Shown one piece after another: positions 23,414-35,865 of a stretch of DNA of 36,542 nucleotides (positions within the stretch are counted from its first letter, which is position 1; each line of letters opens with the position of its first letter). The position numbers were made by a program, and so were the translations under genes. The notes under the pieces were generated by a model that saw nothing but the letters and a program-made list of their open reading frames with translations, was not told the origin of the DNA and ran no database searches. Source of the DNA: Chiloscyllium plagiosum (taxonomy: Eukaryota). Location of the stretch: assembly GCF_004010195.1 (NCBI RefSeq), contig NC_057753.1, positions 12,723,631 to 12,760,172 of the forward strand. Reading direction: 5' to 3'.

Positions 23414-25308
23414 TACAAACTTTGCGTACTGTTAGATTCAGTAAATGAATGTTTCGGTTATTTCGCGGATTTTAACGTACTATCATACAAGTAATTGATT
23501 GAATGCCAAATGTGCCATAAATGGAGACAAAGGCTAATATTGCATGAATGAAAAAAGCAAGCACGTGCAAAGATAAATCAGTCAAGATCCGGGGTAAGAT
23601 AAACAAAATGCTCAATTTGGATTTAACGTTGAAAAGAACAAGAAAATAGAATCTGAGATGTAAATGCTTTTGTACACAGGAGAGAAAGTTTTTTTTTCAA
23701 TTACTGAGTCTGAGAGCTCAGTAATTGAATGAAGTAGCTGTCAACTTGAATCCTGGGATAATTAAACTGGTGAATTTATTTACTGCCTGGAGTCCGAAAT
23801 AGCCTTCGGCAAAATCTACTTTACATTCAAATTCACTTGAATGTTTCCACTAAACAAACTGAAGCTGTGAGTCCGGACGCTGTCGGTACCAGAATAAATA
23901 ATAGTCATTTCATGTCCATTTACAGAAACAAATTAAAGTCATTGTTTTTCCTTCTGAATAAATATCCAAGAATAATGGTTGAATGATATAATTTCCATGA
24001 CTCATATCTGAAAAGAAAATATATTCAATGAGAAAAATATCTGAGATGTGGTTATTCCAAATTCAGAATGAAACCATGTTCAGACAATGAGGGAAATGAT
24101 GGAAAGTGCTGCATCATAATTACCTATCAGGATTGTTCCCTGCTCAGGTGCACTGTCCTGACTGCTCTGTGCAAAGGGTATTGAGTATTTCAAAACATTG
24201 ATTCTAATCCCTACCCTCAAAAGTCTTCTGACACGTCTCATCTCATGGTCTTGTGCCCCAGAATGCAATGATACTTATAGGGAGTATATTAGCTCCAATT
24301 GATCGGGTGCATTTCAATATAGGCTGAGACCAGCGATCCTACAGGAGAGCCTTTTCCACTTTGTTTAAGATTGATAACTACGCCTGCTGTTTTATATATT
24401 ATTGTATGTGAATTAATATCGTTTGTTTTGTCACCATTTACTTCTCATCCCTAATTTCCTGGAGAAAATGGCAGCGGTGCTCCTTCCTGATGCCATACAG
24501 TATATGTGGTACAGTGTGGTTGGTGGAGTTGATGGAGACGGTGGGGCAGGGTTTGTGGTCGGTTTCTAGTATTCCTGCGAAACTAAAGGGGGTTACTTAT
24601 ATCGTTTTAGGTCATTATGGTAAGTAACTTTGAGATAAACGTGCAGCTGCTAATATCACCTTGAAGGTCAGGGATTTAAATTGGATTAGGTTTATTTGGA
24701 CTCAATAGCTTCGATGAAGTTCAGCGTGTCTAATTGCCTGGGCACTGGTAGTAACGACTCCCGTGGTCCGACCTCCAGATCACATTAATTCAAATGATAC
24801 TACAAAGTTTCAAATGATCCATACATCTATCATTATATAAGGTTAGCATCTGCTGTTATTGAGCAAACAATTATGAAGAATATGTCATATTTCTAACGTA
24901 AATCACGTTTCAACCGCCGTCTTTGACTGTAGTTCACGCATAAAATGTGGTTCACGTTCGAGCTCCTTGGGCCTGCTCTTCTTCGTGCCTGTGAGAATAG
25001 ATTTGATAAATCACAATCTCAGATTAGAGATTGCCAGTGAGAGAGAACATAGAGTTTAGCATCAATACTATGCATTCATTTTTTTCTCCTTTATTGCCAA
25101 ACAACAGTTCGAGGCCTGGCGATTTCATCAAACACCATTGAATACCCCCACATTGGATTCCAGAAAGGTAAACTCTAACAAGAACTCAATAGCATGAAAG
25201 AATCATATGGCACAGTAATAGGCTATTCGGCGCATCGTGTTTATGGCAACCAACAAACACGAATTTACACGAATTCCGTTTGTCTTCACCAGACCACAGC
25301 CCACTTAT

Positions 25309-25480
25309 GGGGGAGGTGTTGGCCTAGTGGTTCGAATCCCCCCACGACACATGGTGGAATTTGAATTCAGCAAAAATCAGGAATTAAGAGTCTAAAAATG
25401 ACGGTGAATATTTTGTTGATTGTGGGGGCGGGGGGGGGGGGGGGGGGGGAGCGGGGAAATAAAAACCAAACAGGTTTCCT
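25309..25480 (+). mobile_element. Deu-domain SINE fragment (SacSINE1-like) interrupted by a G-run
   Basis: tggcctagtgg A-box and ggttcgaatcc B-box, collapsed together. Then ggtggaatttgaattc...ggaattaagagtcta...tgttgattgt...aaaaacc, as recalled for the shark Deu-SINE core. Confidence 0.65.
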
Positions 25481-25599
25481 ATTGAAGTCCTCGGCACTCT
25501 TGTATAAATCGTTCATGTACGTAGAAAGCAACAAGGCTGCCAGAATCGATTCTTGAAGTAGGCCTCTCGTTCCAGGCTTCCAATCACAAAAAGGAGTTC

Positions 25600-26525
25600 C
25601 ATCTTCACCTTTTCTCTCCTATTTGCCAATTTTCGATCCATTTTGCCAACAGGTTCCTGGTTTAAGGTTGTGAAAGAGGCTTCCATGGTGGAACCTTGTC
25701 AAAGGCTTCACTAAAGTCTCGGTAAACCACTGTCCTACCTCCATCAATCAATTTCATAGCCTCTCCAAATGATACTCAATTAAATTAAGCAGACATGATA
25801 TTGCACGACCAGTGCTCCAGTGTGGAGCATCCCTGATCATTCTCTACATTTCCAAGTGTGGATTAATCCTGTCCCTCAGATGTTTTCAATACTTCCCCCC
25901 CCCCCCCCCCCACCACTGCCACAGGCAAACTGGTCTGTAATTATCTGCCTATCCCTGGTTCACTTCTTCAGAAAAGCAGCCACATTAGTTATTGTCCAGT
26001 TATCCAGCACGTCTCTCATGGCTAATCAAGTATTACGTATATCAACCAATCTCTCAGCAATCTTACCTCTTGTCTCCCATAGCTGCATCTCATCAGGCCC
26101 TGGGAATCCATGCTTCTTTGTTCTCGTGAATAAAGGTAGTATTCCCTTTCCTTATCAAATAAACGTGTTCTAGGAAGCCACCACCCCAAGTAAAATCCTT
26201 GGTGACTTTGTATTTCTCTTATGTGAATACTGTATTTTACCCCATTGGTCTTTGACGAGCACCAGTATTTTACTGGAATTCCTCTTATTCTTTATGTATC
26301 TGTACAATTCCCTGGTATCTTGTGGACACAGTTTGCCCTCCCAACTTCATTTCAAGCAATCCCACACATTCTCTATACTTCTGAGTGACCTTTTCTGTCT
26401 TTTAAAGCAAAGTAACTGATGCAGACGCTCTTCTTTTTCCTTACCCGACAATTACTACTTTGACATCGCGGCTTCACTCAACATGTTGCCCTGACCCTTC
26501 ACTCTTGAAGCAACATGCTGAACCT
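25600..26525 (-). mobile_element. Old CR1 RT remnant
   Basis: ggaaccttgtcaaaggcttcactaaagtctcggtaaaccac is antisense to VVYRDFSEAFDKVP. The segment ctggtctgtaattatctgcctatcc...ttcttca...cacattag is antisense to the NV...KK...NYRP region. Confidence 0.65.
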
Positions 26526-26533
26526 GAACTCTC

Positions 26534-27470
26534 AAAGAACAAAGAGCAAAGGAAATATGCAGCCTAGGAACAGTTCCTTTGGCCCTTCAAAGCTCAACCG
26601 ATCCAAATCCACTGTTTAAACCTATCGTGCAGTTCCTAAGGATATGTATCCCTCTGCTCCCCAACTACTCAGGCATCTGTCCAGACGCAATTTAAATGAA
26701 TTATTTTCTACTTCTGTTGGCAATGCATTCTGGGCACCTGCCACCCACTGTATAAAATATTTGTTGCGTGTATCCACCTTAAACTTTTCACCTCTCACCT
26801 TGAACGCGTGGTCTCTCGTTATTGAATCCGTTATCCTGGAAAAAAAACTTATCTCTATGCACCCTCTCTGTTCGCTTCATGATTTTGTAGACATCAGTCA
26901 GGTCCCCCCAATCTCCATTTTTCTAAGGAAAACAATCCTAACCTACTCAACCTCGCTTCATACCTTGCAAATTCCATACCAGGCAACATCCTTGTAAACT
27001 TTCTCTGCACCCTCTCCAACGCTTTAGCATACTTTTGCTAATGTGGCGACCAGAACTGCACACAGTATTCTATATGCGGCCGAAGTAATGTTTTGTACAA
27101 TTTTGACATGACCTACCAGCTTTTATACTCAATACCCAGTTCTATGAAGCCAAGCATACCATATGCCTTCTTGACCACTCTATCCACCTATGCAGCCATC
27201 TTCAAAGTACAATGTACCTGAAATCCCAGATCACTTTGCTCATTAATTTTGTTTTCCCAAGGCTCTTCCGTTTACAGTGTTCTTTCCTCTGGAATTAGAC
27301 TTCCCAAAATGTCTGGATTGAATTCCATCTGCCACCTCTCCATCCAACTTTCCAGTCTATCTATATTGTCATATATTCTTTGACAATCCCCTATGCTTTT
27401 TGTTTCTCCACCAATATTCGTGTCATCTGCAACCTTATTGATGAGACAAACACTGTTCTCCTCCAGATCT
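26534..27470 (-). mobile_element. CR1 3' fragment with (AAAGAAC)-like tail
   Basis: aaagaacaaagagcaaagg tail, ttctctgcaccctctccaa (antisense LERVQRK), ggcgaccagaactgcacacagtattc (antisense EYCVQFWSP), and gtgtcatctgcaa (antisense ADDT). Confidence 0.9.
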
Positions 27471-28086
27471 CATTAAAAAATTATTAAAAATTCTCCCACT
27501 GGGGTGGCACATTGCCGCTGTGTTTAGCAATGTTGCCTCACAGTGCCTGTTACCCGGGTTCAATTCCAGTCTCGGGCGACTGTCTGTGTGGAGTTTGTAC
27601 ATTCTCCCTTGGTCTATGTGATGACCATTCTATCCACCTATGCAGCCATCTTCAAGGTACAATGTACCTGAAATCCCAGATCACTTTGCTCATTAATTTT
27701 GTTTTCCCAAGGCTCTTCCGTTTACAGTGTTCTTTCCTCTGGAATTAGACTTCCCAAAATGCATCACTTCACATTTGCCTGGATTGAATTCCATCTGCCA
27801 CCTCTCCATCCAACTTTCCAGTCTATCGAAATTGTCATATATTCTTTGACAATCCCCTATGCTTTTTGTTTCTCCACCAATATTCGTGTCATCTGCAACC
27901 TCATTGATGAGACAAACACTGTCCTCCTCCAGATCTCATTAAAAAAATATTAAAAATTCTCCCACTGGGGTGGCACATTGCCGCTGTGTTTCGCAATGTT
28001 GCCTCAAAGTGCCTGGTACCCGGGTTCAATTCCAGTCTCGGGCGACTGTCTGCGTGGAATTTATACATTCTCCCTTGGTCTATGTG
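27172..28086 (+). repeat. Tandem duplication of about 450 bp (27172-27620 and 27622-28086)
   Basis: Both units start tgacca(c/t)tctatccacctatgcagccatcttcaa and end ttctcccttggtctatgtg. The first copy lacks about 16 nt after ttcccaaaatg. Confidence 0.95.
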
Positions 28087-28269
28087 GTTTGGCTCCGGGT
28101 GCTCCGGGTTCCTCCCACGATGCAAAAATGTGTCGGTTAGATGAATTGGCCATGATAAATTGTCCATAGTGTTCAGTGTATTAGTGAAAGGAAATGAGTC
28201 TGGGTGGGTCGTTGTGGACTTGTTGGTCCGAAGGACCTGTTTCCACTATGTAGGTAATCTAATCTAATC
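27967..28269 (+). mobile_element. Full-length HE1-type V-SINE (its 5' part is duplicated at 27501-27620)
   Basis: ggtggcac head, B-box GGTTCAATTCC (28023-28033), V-core ctccgggtgctccgggttcctcccac, and (AATCT)n tail. Confidence 0.9.
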
Positions 28270-30347
28270 AAAATTAGATGTACCTGCAAGCTTTTTTTCC
28301 CCATCTATATTTTCCAGATCCTTTTTAATGATATTGACATCGGCTTTCCCCGAATTTATATATTTAATTTCTGCACTAAGCTTACCACTTTTCACAATAA
28401 ATTCAAAACTTTCAGAGTTTTGGGCACTATCCCGATAAATGTAGCACATTGACATTTCCATCATTTGGCCAACTTCATTCCATAGATATCAGTGTAGCTT
28501 TGCCCCACTACTAAGTATGGATAAATGCCTTTCAACGTTCACATGGATTCTGTGGGCAGAAAAGAATTCATGTGGTTTAGACCTGCTTTACTTTCCAATT
28601 TCCTTGACCATCATAGTCACGACGGGAAGGGTCTTCAGCTCGATGTGTCTCGCATTTCCACGTTGATATTCAGTTTACATTTTCCACACTTCCCATTGGT
28701 TTCTCCTTTCTTTTGGTTATTATCGAATAATAAATTTTATTTTCAGAAACTAATCCTTCAATATGTGCATGGCTTTATGCGATAATGTTTCTTTCTGCAA
28801 AAATATAATGCATTCATGAGTTTTGCGGTGCAAACAATTTAACAGTGCAAATATAGAAGAGGCAATAAAATTCAATTTGTCTTCTCACAAAATTCTCCAC
28901 CTTACTCTGTGTAATGCAATCGCAATATTCATAACATCTTTGTCTCCGTGTGTTGATGCCCTGATGAACACACCAGGCTTTCGTTGATCCCATTTATTGC
29001 ACTTCTGCACAACTCCTCTGCACTGTGACGACAGAACTGTTCCTACAGTTCACCGGTATGAAAGCTCCATTTAATGTAAACTCACCAAATTCACAAGCAA
29101 GGTTGTTGTACTTGTTCTACTTTATCTCTGCACCAGTGTGAGTGCTTTAGGGCAAAGAAGTACATGGTGCTTTCAATTGAAGAGCATTACCATACTTAAA
29201 CTAATCAGCTTATTTCCTTTGTGCAGGTTAAAACAGAATATGCTCTACAATTCTGGAGGTTTATAATCATCCTCCATGTATCTTCAGTAAATGCCTCAGA
29301 ATGTTCGGAGAGGATTACATGTCCCAGATTGGCTATGTCCCAATAGCCAGCGTGGGTTCTCAAGTAACAGCAGTGCAGATTTATGTATTCGCTGTTCCAG
29401 ACAATAAATTCAGATTAATTTTGTGACACTGAATCATTTTACTCATTCTTATGTCACAATTACAATGTGGTTCAGTGGCGAAGGAAGAAAACTACTCCCT
29501 GGAAAGCCACTCACGATTAAGAATAAAACAACTTATCAGTATATAAGTCCATTATCATTGGCGAGGAATACAGAAAGCAAGTCGTATCAAGTTTATCTTT
29601 GGAAAGAAAATGCCAATTCTTTTAAATGTGTTGATCTCCTCGTCTGATATTAAAACGTAACCAGGTTCAGGCTTCATTTACAGAGAGACTGAGTGTGTTC
29701 CCTAAATACAGTACTGAAAACATTGTCAGCAGATGACAGCTGCACACCAAGCAATGAGACCAGTAGACATTAACTTCCTCTAATTCGTGTCAGATTCTTC
29801 TCTGACATTCTTAGTGTCCCTTTGCTCTATATTTTTGCGCTGATCTCTTCTTCTCTCTGATGAGACTACCTGTTATTGATATAGATACTCCCTCTGCCAT
29901 AAAATATATGCTAATTAATGTAATGTCATAATTTCATGGCCTTTAGGGAAAGAAACTGCTGTTCTCACTGATCAGAATGATATGTGATTCACGAGCCACG
30001 ACCTTGTGTTTGATTCTTAACTGCCGTTCTGCCTTTAAAGGACAGATAATAAATGTGAACTTTGTCACTAAAGTCGACATCCATTCAATGATTAAAAAAT
30101 AATCTTGGAAATGATCGCAGAGTTTGATGGGGTGGGCAAATATAATCACAATACTAATTTAGCCAGCAGGTGGTGGGAACACAATTGTGGAAGTTTCAGA
30201 TTGATCCTGGACTGAAAGTGAAGCAATACACGTTGTGACTAATATTTTATGTTCAATGAAACCCTAAGTCAGATTCAATCAATCCCAAATAATGCAAACT
30301 GTTTTCCATGACATCAAGTATTCATGATTATTTCAATGCTCTGCATA

Positions 30348-30549
30348 TGAGAGGAGGCGAGAGAAACAGTGAGTTTGAGAGAGAGATAGACGGAGAGAAA
30401 ATGAGGGTGAGGCAGAAAGGGAGGGAGAGACAGAGAAAGACATGGAGACGAGCAAGAGAGACAGACAGAGAAAGGAAAAGAGAGAGAGAGAGAGACCGAT
30501 AGATTGAAAGAGAGACAGCACGGGTAACTGAAAGCGTGTGAGAGGGACA
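30348..30549. repeat. Degenerate (GA)n purine tract
   Basis: gagagagagatagacggagagaaa...agagagagagagagac. Confidence 0.85.
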
Positions 30550-30804
30550 GTGGTCCCTTTCCATTTTAGTTTCAACAAGTGCATGATTGCAGACAGCCAA
30601 TCGCTGAGTGTGAGTTCATAAGAACTCACGCCTGGCATGCGAACTCTGATTTCTCTCCACAGAAGCTGCCAGACCTCCTGAACGTTTGCAGCAGCTTTTG
30701 TGTTTGTCTCCCAGAACATTGTCAGCTGCATTCAGAAAAAGATAGAATGGAAAAAGTGAGGGTTGTGCCCACAGCCAGTGACCTGCTCTCTGAACATGGA
30801 AGAG

Positions 30805-31322
30805 TACTTGTCATCAGCTTGTAAGTTTCCTGACTGAGCTGGTAAATTTGTTCTCAGACGATGTGTCACCATGGTAAGTCACTCCGATGATGCGCTTGTG
30901 TTCTGTCCCGCTTGATATTTATGTGTCTTGCTCTGTTGTGATTGACGGATCATTTCCGGATCTTTTTCCAAAAAGCTGGAACATGTGTTTGGTAATGGTG
31001 TTCCAGTTTGAATGCCAAGCCACTTGGAATGCCAATGGGCGGCTTTGTATATTCTGTCCAAGAACAGATGAATTGTCCCAGTCGAACTGGGCTCCCTCTT
31101 CATGTGTGTGTGGATACTGGTGATATGTTTCCTGCGTTTTGGTGGCTAGTTGGTGTTCGTGTAATCTGCTAGCTAGTTTCCTGCCCGTCCGTTCACAGTA
31201 ACGTTTGTTGCAGTTCTTGAAGGGTATATTGCATATGACATTCCTTCTTCTGGTTGTTTGTAAGCCGACCTTTAAATTATCAGTAGCTGTTTCAGTATGG
31301 TGGTAGGTTTGTGGGCTACCAT
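30805..31322 (-). mobile_element. Penelope-like element (Penelope/Poseidon-type): decayed GIY-YIG endonuclease and 3' end
   Basis: Minus ORF 30919..31437 contains NVICNIPFKNCNKRYCERTGRKLASRLHEHQLATK...QFDWDNSSVLGQ, matching PLE NVIYKIPC..C...YIGQTGR.L..RI.EH...FDWDN..IL. Confidence 0.85.
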
Positions 31323-32178
31323 GGTAAAAACAATGACTGCAGATGCCGGAAACCAGATTCTGGGTCAATGGTGCTGGAAGAGCACAGCAGTTCAGGCAGC
31401 ATCCGAGGAACTTCAGCAAAATCGACGTTTCGGGCAAAAGCCCTTCATCAGGAATAAAGGCAGAGAGCCTGAAGGGTGAAGAGATAAGCTAGAGGAGGTT
31501 GGGGTGGGGAGAAAGTAGCATAGAGTACAATAGGTGAGTGGAGGAGGGGATGAAGGGGATAGGTCAGGGAGGAAGGTGGAGTGGATAGGTGGGAAGAAAG
31601 GTCGGCAGGTAGGACAGGTCATGAGGGTGGTGCTGAGCTGGAAGGTTGGAGCTGGGGTGAGGTGGGGGAAGGGGAAATGAGGAAACTGGTGACGTCCACA
31701 TTAATGCCCTGGGGTTGAAGTGTTCAGAGGCAGAAGATGAGACGTTCTTCCTCCAGGCGTAGGGTCGTGAGGGAGCAGCAGTGGAGGAGGCCCAGTACCT
31801 CCATGTCCTCGGCAGAGTGGGAGGGGGAGATGAAATGTTGGGCCACAGGGCGGTGTGGTTCATTGGTGCGGGGACGTGGACCTGACCAGGTAGTCACGGA
31901 GGGAGCGGTCTTTGCGGAAGGCGGAAAGGGGTGGGGAGGGAAATATATCCCTGGTGGTGGGGTCTTTTTGGAGGTGGCGGAAATGTCGGTGGATGATTTG
32001 GTTTATGCGGAGGATTGTAGGGTGGAAGGTGAGCACCAGGGGCGTTCTGTCCTTGTTACGGTTGGAGGGGTGGGGTCTGAGGGTTGAGGTGCGGGATGTG
32101 GACGAGATGCGTTGGATGGCATCTTTTGGCCTCCTTCTTTAGAGACCGCAATTTCCCTTCCCAAGTGGTTAAAGATGC
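31323..32178 (-). mobile_element. Younger Penelope-like element (Neptune-type): 5'-truncated, internally deleted, with an inverted 5' segment
   Basis: My minus-strand translations: PLVLTFHPTILRINQIIHRHFRHLQKDPTTRDIFPSPPLSAFRKDRSLRDYLVRS (about 31878-32045) and HRPVAQHFISPSHSAEDMEVLGLLHC...LEEERLIFCL*TLQPQGINVD (about 31690-31857). Followed by a pyrimidine-rich 3' UTR and a hammerhead-bearing terminus. Confidence 0.88.
31420..31455 (-). ncRNA. Minimal type I hammerhead ribozyme, core intact
   Basis: Minus strand reads AUUC-CUGAUGA-A-GGGC-UUUU-GCCC-GAAA-CGUC^GAUU. This gives both conserved core boxes, a perfect 4-bp stem II, palindromic ACGU in place of stem III, and a GUC triplet. Confidence 0.78.
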
Positions 32179-32239
32179 GTTTGGTAATGGTGTTCCAGTT
32201 TGAATGCCAGGCCACAGTCCTGATATTGGTGCTCAACTA

Positions 32240-32580
32240 TCACTGGCATCTATACACACAGACGATGATGGACACCAGTTCGACGGGGAAAATGCATCCA
32301 TCCTGGGCCAGGTTAAACAAATAAGCACATGGGTATTCCTGGAGGGCTGACAATCAAACCATTTACAATCCCCACTAACATTCACGTCGATTTGGACACC
32401 ATTTACCACCCGATCAGAAAAAGAACTGGAAGTGCTACCACCAACCACAGCAGACGAATACACATAAAATGCAAGCTGGACAATACAGCAGAGCTTTATC
32501 GGAGGTTCACTGATGATGACGATACGTCTGAGAACAGATCTACCCGCTCATGGAGTAAACTTACAACCTGATAAAGCACG
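32240..32580 (+). mobile_element. Decayed Penelope/Poseidon-type 3' fragment, opposite in orientation to 30805-31322
   Basis: Encodes IHTDDDGHQFDGENASILGQVKQ and IHVDLDTIYHPIRKRTG. The end cgtctgagaacagatctacccgctc...aaacttacaacctgat mirrors 30810-30860. Decayed hammerhead ctgatgatgacgatacgtc near 32510-32528. Confidence 0.75.
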
Positions 32581-33329
32581 TAAGCTACAAATCTCCCCCA
32601 ACACCACAAATTACTTGTCATGTTTCAATACTCTGTCTTTTCAATTAAAGGTCCAAGTGGTTCAATTATATCCACACGGACGTTTAACCTGGGTAAAAAA
32701 AAACGTTTCTGCTTATCAGTTCCAATGCTCTTGTCCTGTTTGGAGACTGGTGACTGATGCAGCCATTGCGCAACAGCAGATAATGTTATGTTCAGTCGAG
32801 CTGCTGCTTCACACACGGACAATATCATGGTGTAATATTTAACTCGAAAAACGATAAATGAAATTCATGTCATTTAAATTTATAACTGGCACAATTTTAT
32901 TGATAACATACATATCAGAAATAGAAAAAAACAAAAGAAGCAACCGCAAAAAAAAACGAAAATCTGTAGATCACGATGTCAGATGGTGGTGTCCTGGTGA
33001 TAGTAGTCCACCAGCAACCCAATATCTCAAACTTACGCTTTGCAGGCAGATCACATGGTGAATTTTAAATTCAGATGGTAAATTCGCAAGGCATATACAA
33101 GGGCAATTATGGAAGTACAACGAATGGTATCTTTCCCAGTGAGACGCACATTTCATGTAGGTAAGAGTAAAAATAAAACCGTCAAATGTTGAAGACATAT
33201 ATATTCTCATGATGACCACTTAACAAGTAAAACTTTTAAAATTAACTAGCATCATTTTGAACTTGCCGTTGAGGTGCAGGCTGCATTTTAAAATATGCTA
33301 ACTGTCACTCGCAATGGAACTCTGCCCAT

Positions 33330-33675
33330 ATACCTGTATGTGACAAATTTCGATAGATTTACATCTCTCTGAGAGAAGATATTCTTCCTCATTTCTGTCT
33401 TAAATTCGCGTTGCTTCATTCTAGGATTATGCACTTTTGTCCTACAGTCTCCCTTGATTTGGAGATTTCCTCTCAGCATTGACCCTGTAAAGATCCGTCA
33501 GAATCCCATAAGTTTGAATAACATCTCCCTTCATTCTTTTGAATTCCAGTGTATAGAGGCCAAACCGGTTTAATCCTTGTTCATAAAAAAAAGAACTCTC
33601 CAGACCAAGGATCACTCCATTAAACATTCTCTGAATTAACTCCAACAAAATTATATCTTTCTGTAAACGAGTCAC
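33330..33675 (-). mobile_element. Decayed CR1 fragment
   Basis: QKDIILLELIQRMF...LNRFGLYTLEFKRMKGDVIQTYGIL and FKTEMRKNIFSQR. Confidence 0.85.
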
Positions 33676-34283
33676 ACGTCTCTATATGTCAGCTGCAAGG
33701 AGCTGAAGTGTCAGTCCACCAATGTTCGTATGGACTGTAAACAGGACGAAGTGAACTATTTTTCTTCGCTCCACCCAGTTCCCAGACCTAAATTATTGAA
33801 AGTCTTCATTTAATTCCTGCCCTTGTCCACTTCCATTCATAGCTGCCCCTCTGATGTCTAGAACTTGATTTTAAAAACGAGTAGTTAGCTGTTGGATCTT
33901 AAATGCTGACACTGCAACATGCCATTCGGCAGATACTACGAATACTACTCAATATTAACTCAAGTTTTGAGATCAAAAATTTCAAGATCAGTTTGCTTTC
34001 TGTAAATCCGCATTAAATGCCTGCAAACGTGAGTTCTTTTTAAATTCATAACTGCACCTCTCATACCTTGTAATTCTACCTAAACTCTGGGCACTGTTCC
34101 AGATGCAGGCATCACTGATATCGTTTTAATTGAACTTTCTCTTTATTAGGAATTCTTTCAGTCGGCAGATGATTTGGGTACCAATGCATCTTGATAATAT
34201 ATTGAAGTTCTCGATTTCTAATTTTGATCAGTTAAGGCAGACTTCGTCTCACAAGAACCAGTTTCACTGATAAGGTTCAGTTT

Positions 34284-35142
34284 TAAAAGATTACAAAGGG
34301 GTCTAGACCAAATGGGTCAATGGGCTGAAAATAGCGGATCGATTTCAATTTCTATAAATGCGAGGTAATGCATTTTGGTGTAACAGAAAGGGTTTTGCAA
34401 TTAATGGTATGGCCTTGGGCTTTATTGTAGAGCAGAGCGACATAGGGGTTCAGGCGTATCATTCTTAGCATTTTGCGTCACATGTAGACAGGGTGGGTAA
34501 AAAGGCGTTTCGCATGCTTGCATTCATTACCCAGTCCTTAGAGTATACAAATAGAGAAGTCATGTTAATTTTATACAGGGCACTCGTGAGGCCTCTTCTG
34601 GAAGACTGTGTCCAGTTCCTGTCGCCCACTTTTAAGAAGGATATTATTAAGCTGGAGACAGTTCAGAAGAGATTTACGGAGATGTTGCTGGGTATGGAAT
34701 CTTTGAGTTATAACGAAAGACTGGATAGGCTGCAACATTTTTTTCACTGGACTGAAGGACGTTGAGAGGTGATCTGATAGAGGTTTACAAAATCATGAGA
34801 CATATGGATAGAGCAAATGGTAGTAGTCGTTTTGCTCTTGTGAGAGATTTTAAGACAACGTGACAGATTTATAAGGTAAAAGGAGGGAGGTATAAAAAAA
34901 TCGCAAGAGATAAATTGTTTACTGAGAGGGGGTTTTGAGTGTTTAGAATGAACTTTCTGAGGAAGTCGTAGAAGCGGCTACTAGAACAATTTTAAAAACG
35001 TTTAGATAGATACATGAAAAGGAAAACTTTTGATGGACATTGACCAGGAGCAGGCAGACGGGGCTAGTTGAGATTTAGATCATGTCTGACTTGGACTGGT
35101 TGCACAGAATGGTTTGTTTCCATACTTTATGATTCTATGATT
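34284..35142 (+). mobile_element. CR1 3' fragment with (TTCTATGA)-type tail
   Basis: KKAFRMLAFITQSLEY...LYRALVRPLLEDCVQFLSPTFKKDIIKLETVQKRFTEML. Ends tgtttccatactttatgattctatgatt. Confidence 0.9.
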
Positions 35143-35865
35143 TAGTAACCAACAGTTGCAGTCATTCTCTCAGTGCTACTGGATATTCTTTGCATCCATA
35201 TCGCCAGGATTGGGATAAGGCCCTGACCGTCCTTATTTACAGCCTTAATGGTGGAGATGCTCTCATAGGTGAAAATGTTGGGCTCAATTTTCTGCTGATG
35301 TCGACCATGTGAAAGGTGAGAGTAACTTCACCATCAGTGAGCTGTGGCTGTCCAACAGCTCGGTCTGTTATTAGAGACTGAAAGACACAATACAAAGAAG
35401 CAGAAAGAGCCTCGTACAAAACACTACAGCCTTGTGGCAGCATGAACATCTAAATATCTGGATATACATTGAACACTAGAACTTATCAATCAAATTACAT
35501 TCAGACGATATCTTTGCATCACCGTGCCCATCAGTTCTGAATAGAGGAGTCAGATTTCAGATTCATATTTCGTCTACTGTGAGGAATTGGCAGGCAAAAC
35601 AGTGCACAATTCCGAAATCTCTCTTATAATGCATAGCATATTGCCGGTTTCTACTGTTCATTCTAACTTTTCCTCTCAGTGTTTAGCTGCTCCTAACACT
35701 GAGTGACAACTGAAAATCTTTCACTCGTGTATCCTATATAAAGGTTTATCGAAATTCACCACTCCACAAAATCAAACTAAATAGTAATAATGAGTGGAAG
35801 AAATCATCCCCTCAATCTGAATTCAACAACCGTGTTCATTCACTGAAACTACTTAGTTCATATAT

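Noticed and set aside
27967..28040. tRNA gene
   Set aside because: The A/B boxes belong to a SINE head that continues into the V-core; no full cloverleaf is evident.
30308..30731. ORFs rich in ER or SL dipeptides (also 28..258)
   Set aside because: They are translations of GA or TG microsatellites.
30919..31437. 172-aa ORF as a functional or domesticated GIY-YIG nuclease
   Set aside because: It is a chance fusion across two PLE insertions, and the GIY/YIG positions are degenerate (VIC, YCE).
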